From Eledone cirrhosa (lineage: Eukaryota), in the NCBI GenBank assembly GCA_964016885.1, contig OZ024742.1, positions 373,488,001-373,552,000 on the forward strand: DNA of 64,000 nucleotides, in the 5' to 3' direction. This document shows positions 28,313 through 42,649 of the stretch, piece by piece; within the stretch, counting starts at the first letter, position 1, and every line of letters starts with the position of its first letter. Under the pieces are notes generated by a model. That model was not told the origin of the DNA. It worked only from the letters and a program-made list of their open reading frames with translations, and did no database searches. Both the position numbers and the translations under genes were made by a program.

Positions 28313-31300
28313 GATAGTCCCACAAGCCACATACCTCTGATAGTCTCACAAGCCACATACCTCTGATAGTCCCACTAGCCACATACCTCTGACAGTCCCA
28401 CAAGCTACATACCCCTCATAGTCCCACAAGCCACATACCTCTCATAGTCCAACACGCCACATATTAGTTTGATAGTCCCACAAGCCACATACCTCTGATA
28501 GTCCCACAAACCACATACCTCTGATAGTCCCACAAGCCACATATTAGTCTGATAGTCCCACAGGTCACATACTTCTGATAGTCCCACAAACCACATATCT
28601 CTGATAGTCCCACAAGCCACATATTAATCTGATAGTCCATCAAGCCACATACCTCTGATAGTCCCACAAGCCACATACCTCTGATAGTCCCACAAGTCAC
28701 ATACCTCTGATAGTCCCACAAGTCACATACCTCTGATAGTCCCACAAGCCACATACCTCTGATAGTACCACAAGCCACATACCTCTGATTGTCCCACAAG
28801 CCACATACCTCTGATAGTCCCACAAGGCACATACCTCTGATAGTCCCACAAGCCACATATTAGTCTGATAGTCCCACAAGCCACATACCTCTGATAGTCC
28901 CACAAGCCACATATTAGTCTGATAGTCCCACAAGTCACATACCTCTGATTGTCCCACAAGCCACATATTAGTCTGATAGTCCCACAAGTCACATACCTCT
29001 GATAGTCTTACAAGCCACATATTAGTATGATAGTCCCACAAGCCACATGCCTCTGATAGTCCCACAAGCCACATATTAGTCTGATAGTCCCACAAGTCAC
29101 ATACCTCTGATAGTCCCACAAGCCACATATTAGTCTGATAGTCCCACAAATCACATACCTTTGATAGTCCCACAAGCCACATATTAATCTGATAGTCCCA
29201 CAAGCCACATACCTCTGATAGTCCCACAAGCCACATATTAGTCTGATAGTCCCACAAGCCACATACCTCTGATAGTCCCACAAGCCACATACCTCTGATA
29301 GTCCCACAAGCCACATACCTCTGATAGTCCCACAAGCCACATACCTCTGATAGTCCCACAAGTCACATACCTTTGGTAGTCCTACAAGCAACATATTAAT
29401 CTGATAGTCCCACAAACCACATACCTCTGATAGTCCCACACGCAACATATTAGTCTGATAGTCCCACAAGCCACATACTTCTGATAGTCCCACAAGCCAC
29501 ATATTAGTCTGATAGTCCCACAAGCCACATACCTCTGATAGTCTCACAAGCCACATATTAGTCTGATAGTCCCACAAGTCACATACCTCTTATAGTCCCA
29601 CAAACCACATACTTCTGATAGTCCCACAAGCCACATACCTCTGATAGTCCCACAAGCCACATACCTCTGATAGTCCCACAAGTCACATACCTCCGATAGT
29701 CCCACAAGCCACATACCTCTGATAGTCCCACAAGCCACATATTAGTCTGATAGTCCCACAAGTCACATACCTCTGATAGTCCCACAAACCACATATTAGT
29801 CTGATAGTTCCACAAGCCACATACCTCTGATAGTCCCACAAGCCACATATTAGTCTGATAGTCCCACAGGTCACATATCTCTGATAGTCCCACAAGCGAC
29901 ATACCTCTGATAGTCCCACAAGCCACATACCTCTGATAGTCCCACAAGCCACATACCTCTGATAGTCCCACAAGCCACATATTAGTCTGATAGTCCCACA
30001 AGTCACATACCTCTGATAGTCCCACAAACCACATATTAGTCTGATAGTTCCACAAGCCACATACCTCTGATAGTCCCACAAGCCACATATTAGTCTGATA
30101 GTCCCACAGGTCACATATCTCGGATAGTCCCACAAGCGACATACTTCTGATAGTCCCACAAGCCACATACCTCTGATAGTACCACAAGCCACATACCTCT
30201 GATAGTCTCACAAGCCACATACCTCTGATAGTCCCACTAGCCACATACCTCTGATAGTCCCACAAGCTACATACCTCTCATAGTCCAACACGCCACATAT
30301 AATTTTGATAGTCCCACAAGCCACATACCTCTGATAGTCCCACAAACCACATACCTCTGATAGTCCCACAAGCCGCATATTAGTCTGATAGTCCCACAGG
30401 TCACATACCTCTGATAGTCCCACAAACCACATACCTCTGATAGTCCCACAAGCCACATATTAGTCTGATAGTCCCACAAGTCACATACCTCTGATAGTCC
30501 CATAAGCCACATATTAATCTGATAGTCCCACAAGCCACATACATCTGATAGCCCCACAAGCCACATACCTCTGATAGTCCCACAAACCACATATTAGTCT
30601 GATAGTTCCACAAGCCACATACCTCTGATAGTCCCACAAGCCAGATAATTGTCTGATAGTCCCACAGGTCACATATCTTTGATAGTCCCACAAGCCACAT
30701 ACCTCTGATAGTCCCACAAGCCACATACCTCTGATAGTCCCACAAGCCACATACCTCTGATAGTCTCACAAGCCACATACCTCTGATAGTCCCACTAGCC
30801 ACATACCTCTGACAGTCCCACAAGCTACATACCTCTCATAGTCCAACACGCCACATATTAGTTTGATAGTCCCACAAGCCACATACCTCTGATAGTCCCA
30901 CAAACCACATACCTCTGATAGTCTCACAAGCCGCATATTAGTCTGATAGTCCCACAGGTCACATACCTCTGATAGTCCCACAAACCACATACCTCTGATA
31001 GTCCCACAAGCCACATATTAGTCTGATAGTCCCACAAGTCACATACCTCTGATAGTCCCATAAGCCACATATTAATCTGATAGTCCCACAAGCCACATAC
31101 ATCTGATAGTCCCACAAGCCACATACCTCTGATAGTCCCACAAACCACATATTAGTCTGATAGTTCCACAAGCCACATACCTCTGATAGTCCCACAAGCC
31201 AGATAATTGTCTGATAGACCCACAGGTCACATATCTCTGATAGTCCCACAAGCCACATACCTCTGATAGTCCCACAAGCCACATACCTCTGATAGTCCCA

Positions 31301-34300
31301 CAAGCCACATACCTCTGATAGTCTCACAAGCCACATACCTCTGATAGTCCCACTAGCCACATACCTCTGACAGTCCCACAAGCTACATACCCCTCATAGT
31401 CCCACAAGCCACATACCTCTCATAGTCCAACACGCCACATATTAGTTTGATAGTCCCACAAGCCACATACCTCTGATAGTCCCACAAACCACATACCTCT
31501 GATAGTCCCACAAGCCACATATTAGTCTGATAGTCCCACAGGTCACATACTTCTGATAGTCCCACAAACCACATATCTCTGATAGTCCCACAAGCCACAT
31601 ATTAATCTGATAGTCCATCAAGCCACATACCTCTGATAGTCCCACAAGCCACATACCTCTGATAGTCCCACAAGTCACATACCTCTGATAGTCCCACAAG
31701 TCACATACCTCTGATAGTCCCACAAGCCACATACCTCTGATAGTACCACAAGCCACATACCTCTGATTGTCCCACAAGCCACATACCTCTGATAGTCCCA
31801 CAAGGCACATACCTCTGATAGTCCCACAAGCCACATATTAGTCTGATAGTCCCACAAGCCACATACCTCTGATAGTCCCACAAGCCACATATTAGTCTGA
31901 TAGTCCCACAAGTCACATACCTCTGATTGTCCCACAAGCCACATATTAGTCTGATAGTCCCACAAGTCACATACCTCTGATAGTCTTACAAGCCACATAT
32001 TAGTATGATAGTCCCACAAGCCACATGCCTCTGATAGTCCCACAAGCCACATATTAGTCTGATAGTCCCACAAGTCACATACCTCTGATAGTCCCACAAG
32101 CCACATATTAGTCTGATAGTCCCACAAATCACATACCTTTGATAGTCCCACAAGCCACATATTAATCTGATAGTCCCACAAGCCACATACCTCTGATAGT
32201 CCCACAAGCCACATATTAGTCTGATAGTCCCACAAGCCACATACCTCTGATAGTCCCACAAGCCACATACCTCTGATAGTCCCACAAGCCACATACCTCT
32301 GATAGTCCCACAAGCCACATACCTCTGATAGTCCCACAAGTCACATACCTTTGGTAGTCCTACAAGCAACATATTAATCTGATAGTCCCACAAACCACAT
32401 ACCTCTGATAGTCCCACACGCAACATATTAGTCTGATAGTCCCACAAGCCACATACTTCTGATAGTCCCACAAGCCACATATTAGTCTGATAGTCCCACA
32501 AGCCACATACCTCTGATAGTCTCACAAGCCACATATTAGTCTGATAGTCCCACAAGTCACATACCTCTTATAGTCCCACAAACCACATACTTCTGATAGT
32601 CCCACAAGCCACATACCTCTGATAGTCCCACAAGCCACATACCTCTGATAGTCCCACAAGTCACATACCTCCGATAGTCCCACAAGCCACATACCTCTGA
32701 TAGTCCCACAAGCCACATATTAGTCTGATAGTCCCACAAGTCACATACCTCTGATAGTCCCACAAACCACATATTAGTCTGATAGTTCCACAAGCCACAT
32801 ACCTCTGATAGTCCCACAAGCCACATATTAGTCTGATAGTCCCACAGGTCACATATCTCTGATAGTCCCACAAGCGACATACCTCTGATAGTCCCACAAG
32901 CCACATACCTCTGATAGTCCCACAAGCCACATACCTCTGATAGTCCCACAAGCCACATATTAGTCTGATAGTCCCACAAGTCACATACCTCTGATAGTCC
33001 CACAAACCACATATTAGTCTGATAGTTCCACAAGCCACATACCTCTGATAGTCCCACAAGCCACATATTAGTCTGATAGTCCCACAGGTCACATATCTCG
33101 GATAGTCCCACAAGCGACATACTTCTGATAGTCCCACAAGCCACATACCTCTGATAGTACCACAAGCCACATACCTCTGATAGTCTCACAAGCCACATAC
33201 CTCTGATAGTCCCACTAGCCACATACCTCTGATAGTCCCACAAGCTACATACCTCTCATAGTCCAACACGCCACATATAATTTTGATAGTCCCACAAGCC
33301 ACATACCTCTGATAGTCCCACAAACCACATACCTCTGATAGTCCCACAAGCCGCATATTAGTCTGATAGTCCCACAGGTCACATACCTCTGATAGTCCCA
33401 CAAACCACATACCTCTGATAGTCCCACAAGCCACATATTAGTCTGATAGTCCCACAAGTCACATACCTCTGATAGTCCCATAAGCCACATATTAATCTGA
33501 TAGTCCCACAAGCCACATACATCTGATAGCCCCACAAGCCACATACCTCTGATAGTCCCACAAACCACATATTAGTCTGATAGTTCCACAAGCCACATAC
33601 CTCTGATAGTCCCACAAGCCAGATAATTGTCTGATAGTCCCACAGGTCACATATCTTTGATAGTCCCACAAGCCACATACCTCTGATAGTCCCACAAGCC
33701 ACATACCTCTGATAGTCCCACAAGCCACATACCTCTGATAGTCTCACAAGCCACATACCTCTGATAGTCCCACTAGCCACATACCTCTGACAGTCCCACA
33801 AGCTACATACCTCTCATAGTCCAACACGCCACATATTAGTTTGATAGTCCCACAAGCCACATACCTCTGATAGTCCCACAAACCACATACCTCTGATAGT
33901 CTCACAAGCCGCATATTAGTCTGATAGTCCCACAGGTCACATACCTCTGATAGTCCCACAAACCACATACCTCTGATAGTCCCACAAGCCACATATTAGT
34001 CTGATAGTCCCACAAGTCACATACCTCTGATAGTCCCATAAGCCACATATTAATCTGATAGTCCCACAAGCCACATACATCTGATAGTCCCACAAGCCAC
34101 ATACCTCTGATAGTCCCACAAACCACATATTAGTCTGATAGTTCCACAAGCCACATACCTCTGATAGTCCCACAAGCCAGATAATTGTCTGATAGACCCA
34201 CAGGTCACATATCTCTGATAGTCCCACAAGCCACATACCTCTGATAGTCCCACAAGCCACATACCTCTGATAGTCCCACAAGCCACATACCTCTGATAGT

Positions 34301-36790
34301 CTCACAAGCCACATACCTCTGATAGTCCCACTAGCCACATACCTCTGACAGTCCCACAAGCTACATACCCCTCATAGTCCCACAAGCCACATACCTCTCA
34401 TAGTCCAACACGCCACATATTAGTTTGATAGTCCCACAAGCCACATACCTCTGATAGTCCCACAAACCACATACCTCTGATAGTCCCACAAGCCACATAT
34501 TAGTCTGATAGTCCCACAGGTCACATACTTCTGATAGTCCCACAAACCACATATCTCTGATAGTCCCACAAGCCACATATTAATCTGATAGTCCATCAAG
34601 CCACATACCTCTGATAGTCCCACAAGCCACATACCTCTGATAGTCCCACAAGTCACATACCTCTGATAGTCCCACAAGTCACATACCTCTGATAGTCCCA
34701 CAAGCCACATACCTCTGATAGTACCACAAGCCACATACCTCTGATTGTCCCACAAGCCACATACCTCTGATAGTCCCACAAGGCACATACCTCTGATAGT
34801 CCCACAAGCCACATATTAGTCTGATAGTCCCACAAGCCACATACCTCTGATAGTCCCACAAGCCACATATTAGTCTGATAGTCCCACAAGTCACATACCT
34901 CTGATTGTCCCACAAGCCACATATTAGTCTGATAGTCCCACAAGTCACATACCTCTGATAGTCTTACAAGCCACATATTAGTATGATAGTCCCACAAGCC
35001 ACATGCCTCTGATAGTCCCACAAGCCACATATTAGTCTGATAGTCCCACAAGTCACATACCTCTGATAGTCCCACAAGCCACATATTAGTCTGATAGTCC
35101 CACAAATCACAAACCTTTGATAGTCCCACAAGCCACATATTAATCTGATAGTCCCACAAGCCACATACCTCTGATAGTCCCACAAGCCACATATTAGTCT
35201 GATAGTCCCACAAGCCACATACCTCTGATAGTCCCACAAGCCACATACCTCTGATAGTCCCACAAGCCACATACCTCTGATAGTCCCACAAGCCACATAC
35301 CTCTGATAGTCCCACAAGTCACATACCTTTGGTAGTCCTACAAGCAACATATTAATCTGATAGTCCCACAAACCACATACCTCTGATAGTCCCACACGCA
35401 ACATATTAGTCTGATAGTCCCACAAGCCACATACTTCTGATAGTCCCACAAGCCACATATTAGTCTGATAGTCCCACAAGCCACATACCTCTGATAGTCT
35501 CACAAGCCACATATTAGTCTGATAGTCCCACAAGTCACATACCTCTTATAGTCCCACAAACCACATACTTCTGATAGTCCCACAAGCCACATACCTCTGA
35601 TAGTCCCACAAGCCACATACCTCTGATAGTCCCACAAGTCACATACCTCCGATAGTCCCACAAGCCACATACCTCTGATAGTCCCACAAGCCACATATTA
35701 GTCTGATAGTCCCACAAGTCACATACCTCTGATAGTCCCACAAACCACATATTAGTCTGATAGTTCCACAAGCCACATACCTCTGATAGTCCCACAAGCC
35801 ACATATTAGTCTGATAGTCCCACAGGTCACATATCTCTGATAGTCCCACAAGCGACATACCTCTGATAGTCCCACAAGCCACATACCTCTGATAGTCCCA
35901 CAGGCCACATACCTCTGATAGTCCCACAAGCCACATATTAGTCTGATAGTCCCACAAGTCACATACCTCTGATAGTCCCACAAACCACATATTAGTCTGA
36001 TAGTTCCACAAGCCACATACCTCTGATAGTCCCACAAGCCACATATTAGTCTGATAGTCCCACAGGTCACATATCTCGGATAGTCCCACAAGCGACATAC
36101 TTCTGATAGTCCCACAAGCCACATACCTCTGATAGTCCCACAAGCCACATACCTCTGATAGTCTCACAAGCCACATACCTCTGATAGTCCCACTAGCCAC
36201 ATACCTCTGATAGTCCCACAAGCTACATACCTCTCATAGTCCAACACGCCACATATAATTTTGATAGTCCCACAAGCCACATACCTCTGATAGTCCCACA
36301 AACCACATACCTCTGATAGTCCCACAAGCCGCATATTAGTCTGATAGTCCCACAGGTCACATACCTCTGATAGTCCCACAAACCACATACCTCTGATAGT
36401 CCCACAAGCCACATATTAGTCTGATAGTCCCACAAGTCACATACCTCTGATAGTCCCATAAGCCACATATTAATCTGATAGTCCCACAAGCCACATACAT
36501 CTGATAGCCCCACAAGCCACATACCTCTGATAGTCCCACAAACCACATATTAGTCTGATAGTTCCACAAGCCACATACCTCTGATAGTCCCACAAGCCAG
36601 ATAATTGTCTGATAGTCCCACAGGTCACATATCTCTGATAGTCCCACAAGCCACATACCTCTGATAGTCCCACAAGCCACATACCTCTGATAGTCCCACA
36701 AGCCACATACCTCTGATAGTCTCACAAGCCACATACCTCTGATAGTCCCACTAGCCACATACCTCTGACAGTCCCACAAGCTACATACCT
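28261..36790 (+). repeat. Local HOR variant with a 2978-bp period, almost three tandem copies
   Basis: Markers at 29375, 32353 and 35331. ORF starts recur at +2978 (29579/32557/35535). Lineage variants ctccgata, ctcggata and ataatttt are shared. Confidence 0.9.
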
Positions 36791-39700
36791 CTCATAGTCC
36801 CACAAGCCACATACCTCACATAGTCCAACACGCCACATATTAGTTTGATAGTCCCACAAGCCACATACCTCTGATAGTCCCACAAGCCACATATTAGTCT
36901 GATAGTCCCACAGGTCACATACTTCTGATAGTCCCACAAACCACATATCTCTGATAGTCCCACAACCCACATATTAGTCTGATAGTCCATCAAGCCACAT
37001 ACCTCTGATAGTCCCACAAGCCACATACCTCTGATAGTCCCACAAGTCACATACCTCTGATAGTCCCACAAGTCACATACCTCTGATAGTCCCACAAGCC
37101 ACATACCTCTGATAGTACCACAAGCCACATACCTCTGATTGTCCCACAAGCCACATACCTCTGATAGTCCCACAAGGCACATACCTCTGATAGTCCCACA
37201 AGCCACATATTAGTCTGATAGTCCCACAAGCCACATACCTCTGATAGTCCCACAAGCCACATATTAGTCTGATAGTCCCACAAGTCACATACCTCTGATT
37301 GTCCCACAAGCCACATATTAGTCTGATAGTCCCACAAGTCACATACCTCTGATAGTCTTACAAGCCACATATTAGTATGATAGTCCCACAAGCCACATGC
37401 CTCTGATAGTCCCACAAGCCACATATTAGTCTGATAGTCCCACAAGTCACATACCTCTGATAGTCCCACAAGCCACATATTAGTCTGATAGTCCCACAAA
37501 TCACATACCTTTGATAGTCCCACAAGCCACATATTAATCTGATAGTCCCACAAGCCACATACCTCTGATAGTCCCACAAGCCACATATTAGTCTGATAGT
37601 CCCACAAGCCACATACCTCTGATAGTCCCACAAGCCACATACCTCTGATAGTCCCACAAGCCACATACCTCTGATAGTCCCACAAGCCACATACCTCTGA
37701 TAGTCCCACAAGTCACATACCTTTGGTAGTCCTACAAGCAACATATTAATCTGATAGTCCCACAAACCACATACCTCTGATAGTCCCACACGCAACATAT
37801 TAGTCTGATAGTCCCACAAGCCACATACTTCTGATAGTCCCACAAGCCACATATTAGTCTGATAGTCCCACAAGCCACATACCTCTGATAGTCTCACAAG
37901 CCACATATTAGTCTGATAGTCCCACAAGTCACATACCTCTTATAGTCCCACAAACCACATACTTCTGATAGTCCCACAAGCCACATACCTCTGATAGTCC
38001 CACAAGCCACATACCTCTGATAGTCCCACAAGTCACATACCTCCGATAGTCCCACAAGCCACATACCTCTGATAGTCCCACAAGCCACATATTAGTCTGA
38101 TAGTCCCACAAGTCACATACCTCTGATAGTCCCACAAACCACATATTAGTCTGATAGTTCCACAAGCCACATACCTCTGATAGTCCCACAAGCCACATAT
38201 TAGTCTGATAGTCCCACAGGTCACATATCTCTGATAGTCCCACAAGCGACATACCTCTGATAGTCCCACAAGCCACATACCTCTGATAGTCCCACAAGCC
38301 ACATACCTCTGATAGTCCCACAAGCCACATATTAGTCTGATAGTCCCACAAGTCACATACCTCTGATAGTCCCACAAACCACATATTAGTCTGATAGTTC
38401 CACAAGCCACATACCTCTGATAGTCCCACAAGCCACATATTAGTCTGATAGTCCCACAGGTCACATATCTCGGATAGTCCCACAAGCGACATACTTCTGA
38501 TAGTCCCACAAGCCACATACCTCTGATAGTCCCACAAGCCACATACCTCTGATAGTCTCACAAGCCACATACCTCTGATAGTCCCACTAGCCACATACCT
38601 CTGATAGTCCCACAAGCTACATACCTCTCATAGTCCAACACGCCACATATAATTTTGATAGTCCCACAAGCCACATACCTCTGATAGTCCCACAAACCAC
38701 ATACCTCTGATAGTCCCACAAGCCGCATATTAGTCTGATAGTCCCACAGGTCACATACCTCTGATAGTCCCACAAACCACATACCTCTGATAGTCCCACA
38801 AGCCACATATTAGTCTGATAGTCCCACAAGTCACATACCTCTGATAGTCCCATAAGCCACATATTAATCTGATAGTCCCACAAGCCACATACATCTGATA
38901 GCCCCACAAGCCACATACCTCTGATAGTCCCACAAACCACATATTAGTCTGATAGTTCCACAAGCCACATACCTCTGATAGTCCCACAAGCCAGATAATT
39001 GTCTGATAGTCCCACAGGTCACATATCTCTGATAGTCCCACAAGCCACATACCTCTGATAGTCCCACAAGCCACATACCTCTGATAGTCCCACAAGCCAC
39101 ATACCTCTGATAGTCTCACAAGCCACATACCTCTGATAGTCCCACTAGCCACATACCTCTGACAGTCCCACAAGCTACATACCTCTCATAGTCCCACAAG
39201 CCACATACCTCACATAGTCCAACACGCCACATATTAGTTTGATAGTCCCACAAGCCACATACCTCTGATAGTCCCACAAGCCACATATTAGTCTGATAGT
39301 CCCACAGGTCACATACTTCTGATAGTCCCACAAACCACATATCTCTGATAGTCCCACAACCCACATATTAGTCTGATAGTCCATCAAGCCACATACCTCT
39401 GATAGTCCCACAAGCCACATACCTCTGATAGTCCCACAAGTCACATACCTCTGATAGTCCCACAAGTCACATACCTCTGATAGTCCCACAAGCCACATAC
39501 CTCTGATAGTACCACAAGCCACATACCTCTGATTGTCCCACAAGCCACATACCTCTGATAGTCCCACAAGGCACATACCTCTGATAGTCCCACAAGCCAC
39601 ATATTAGTCTGATAGTCCCACAAGCCACATACCTCTGATAGTCCCACAAGCCACATATTAGTCTGATAGTCCCACAAGTCACATACCTCTGATTGTCCCA

Positions 39701-40140
39701 CAAGCCACATATTAGTCTGATAGTCCCACAAGTCACATACCTCTGATAGTCTTACAAGCCACATATTAGTATGATAGTCCCACAAGCCACATGCCTCTGA
39801 TAGTCCCACAAGCCACATATTAGTCTGATAGTCCCACAAGTCACATACCTCTGATAGTCCCACAAGCCACATATTAGTCTGATAGTCCCACAAATCACAT
39901 ACCTTTGATAGTCCCACAAGCCACATATTAATCTGATAGTCCCACAAGCCACATACCTCTGATAGTCCCACAAGCCACATATTAGTCTGATAGTCCCACA
40001 AGCCGCATACCTCTGATAGTCCCACAAGCCACATACCTCTGATAGTCCCACAAGCCACATACCTCTGATAGTCCCACAAGCCACATACCTCTGATAGTCC
40101 CACAAGTCACATACCTTTGGTAGTCCTACAAGCAACATAT
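34570..40140 (+). repeat. Local HOR variant with a 2394-bp period, just over two copies, overlapping the end of the 2978-bp block
   Basis: Markers at 35331, 37725 and 40119. ORF pairs 35535/37929, 36722/39116 and 37047/39441. Confidence 0.88.
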
Positions 40141-42649
40141 TAATCTGATAGTCCCACAAACCACATATCTCTGATAGTCCCACACGCAACATATTAGTCT
40201 GATAGTCCCACAAGCCACATACTTCTGATAGTCCCACAAGCCACATATTAGTCTGATAGTCCCACAAGCCACATACCTCTGATAGTCTCACAAGCCACAT
40301 ATTAGTCTGATAGTCCCACAAGTCACATACCTCTGATAGTCCCACAAGTCACATACCTCTTATAGTCCCACAAACCACATACTTCTGATAGTCCCACAAG
40401 CCACATATTAGTCTGATAGTTCCACAAGCGACATACCTCTGATAGTCCCACAAGCCACATATTAGTCTGATAGTCCCACAGGTCACATATCTCTGATAGT
40501 CCCACAAGCGACATACCTCTGATAGTCCCACAAGCCACATACCTCTGATAGTCCCACAAGCCACATACCTCTGATAGTCTCACAAGCCACATACCTCTGA
40601 TAGTCCCACTAGCCACATACCTCTGATAGTCCCACAAGCTACATACCTCTCATAGTCCCACAAGCCACATACCTCTCATAGTCCAACACGCCACATATTA
40701 GTTTGATAGTCCCACAAGCCACATACCTCTGATAGTCCCACAAACCACATACCTCTGATAGGCCCACAAGCCGCATATTAGTCTGATAGTCCCACAGGTC
40801 ACATACCTCTCATAGTCCCACAAGCCACATACCTCTGATAGTCCCACAAGCCACATATTAGTCTGATAGTCCCACAAATCACATACCTCTGATAGTCCCA
40901 CAAGCTACATATTAGTCTGATAGTCCCACAAGTCACATACCTCTGATAGTCCCACAAGCCACATACCTCTGATAGTCCCACAAGCCACATACCTCTGATA
41001 GTCTCACAAGCCACATACCTCTGATAGTCCCACTAGCCACATACCTCTGATAGTTCCACAAGCTACATACCTCTCATAGTCCCACAAGCCACATACCTCT
41101 CATAGTCCAACACGCCACATATTAGTTTGATAGTCCCACAAGCCACATACCTCTGATAGTCTTACAAGCCACATATTAGTATGATAGTCCCACAAGCCAC
41201 ATGCCTCTGATAGTCCCACAAGCCACATATTAGTCTGATAGTCCCACAAGCCACATACCTCTGATAGTCCCACAAGCCACATACCTCTGATAGTCCCACA
41301 AGTCACATACTTTTGGTAGTCCTACAAGCAACATATTAATCTGATAGTCCCACAAACCACATACCTCTGATTGTCCCACACGCAACATATTAGTCTGATA
41401 GTCCCACAAGCCACATACTTCTGATAGTCCCACAAGCCACATATTAGTCTGATAGTCCCACAAGCCACATACCTCTGATAGTCTCACAAGCCACATATTA
41501 GTCTGATAGTCCCACAAGTCACATACCTCTTATAGTCCCACAAACCACATACTTCTGATAGTCCCACAAGCCACATACCTCTGATAGTCCCACAAGCCAC
41601 ATATTAGTCTGATAGTCCCACAAGCCACATACCTCTGATAGTCCCACAAGCCACATACCTCTGATAGTCCCACAAGCCACATATTAGTCTGATAGTCCCA
41701 CAAGTCACATACCTCTGATAGTCCCACAAACCACATATTAGTCTGATAGTTCCACAAGCCACATACCTCTGATAGTCCCACAAGCCACATATTAGTCTGA
41801 TAGTCCCACAGGTCACATATCTCTGATAGTCCCACAAGCGACATACCTCTGATAGTCCCACAAGCCATATACCTCTGATAGTCCCACAAGCCACATACCT
41901 CTGATAGTCTCACAAGCCACATACCTCTGATAGTCCCACTAGCCACATACCTCTGATAGTCCCACAAGCTACATACCTCTCATAGTCCAACACGCCACAT
42001 ATAATTTTGATAGTCCCACAAGCCACATACCTCTGATAGTCCCACAAACCACATACCTCTGATAGTCCCACAAGCCGCATATTAGTCTGATAGTCCCACA
42101 GGTCACATACCTCTGATAGTCCCACAAACCACATACCTCTGATAGTTCCACAAGCCACATATTAGTCTGATAGTCCCACAAGTCACATACCTCTGATAGT
42201 CCCATAAGCCACATATTAATCTGATAGTCCCACAAGCCACATACATCTGATAGCCCCACAAGCCACATACCTCTGATAGTCCCACAAACCACATATTAGT
42301 CTGATAGTTCCACAAGCCACATACCTCTGATAGTCCCACAAGCCAGATAATTGTCTGATAGTCCCACAGGTCACATATCTCTGATAGTCCCACAAGCCAC
42401 ATACCTCTGATAGTCCCACAAGCCATATACCTCTGATAGTCCCACAAGCCACATACCTCTGATAGTCTCACAAGCCACATACCTCTGATAGTCCCACTAG
42501 CCACATACCTCTGACAGTCCCACAAGCTACATACCTCTCATAGTCCCACAAGCCACATACCTCACATAGTCCAACACGCCACATATTAGTTTGATAGTCC
42601 CACAAGCCACATACCTCTGATAGTCCCACAAACCACATACCTCTGATAG

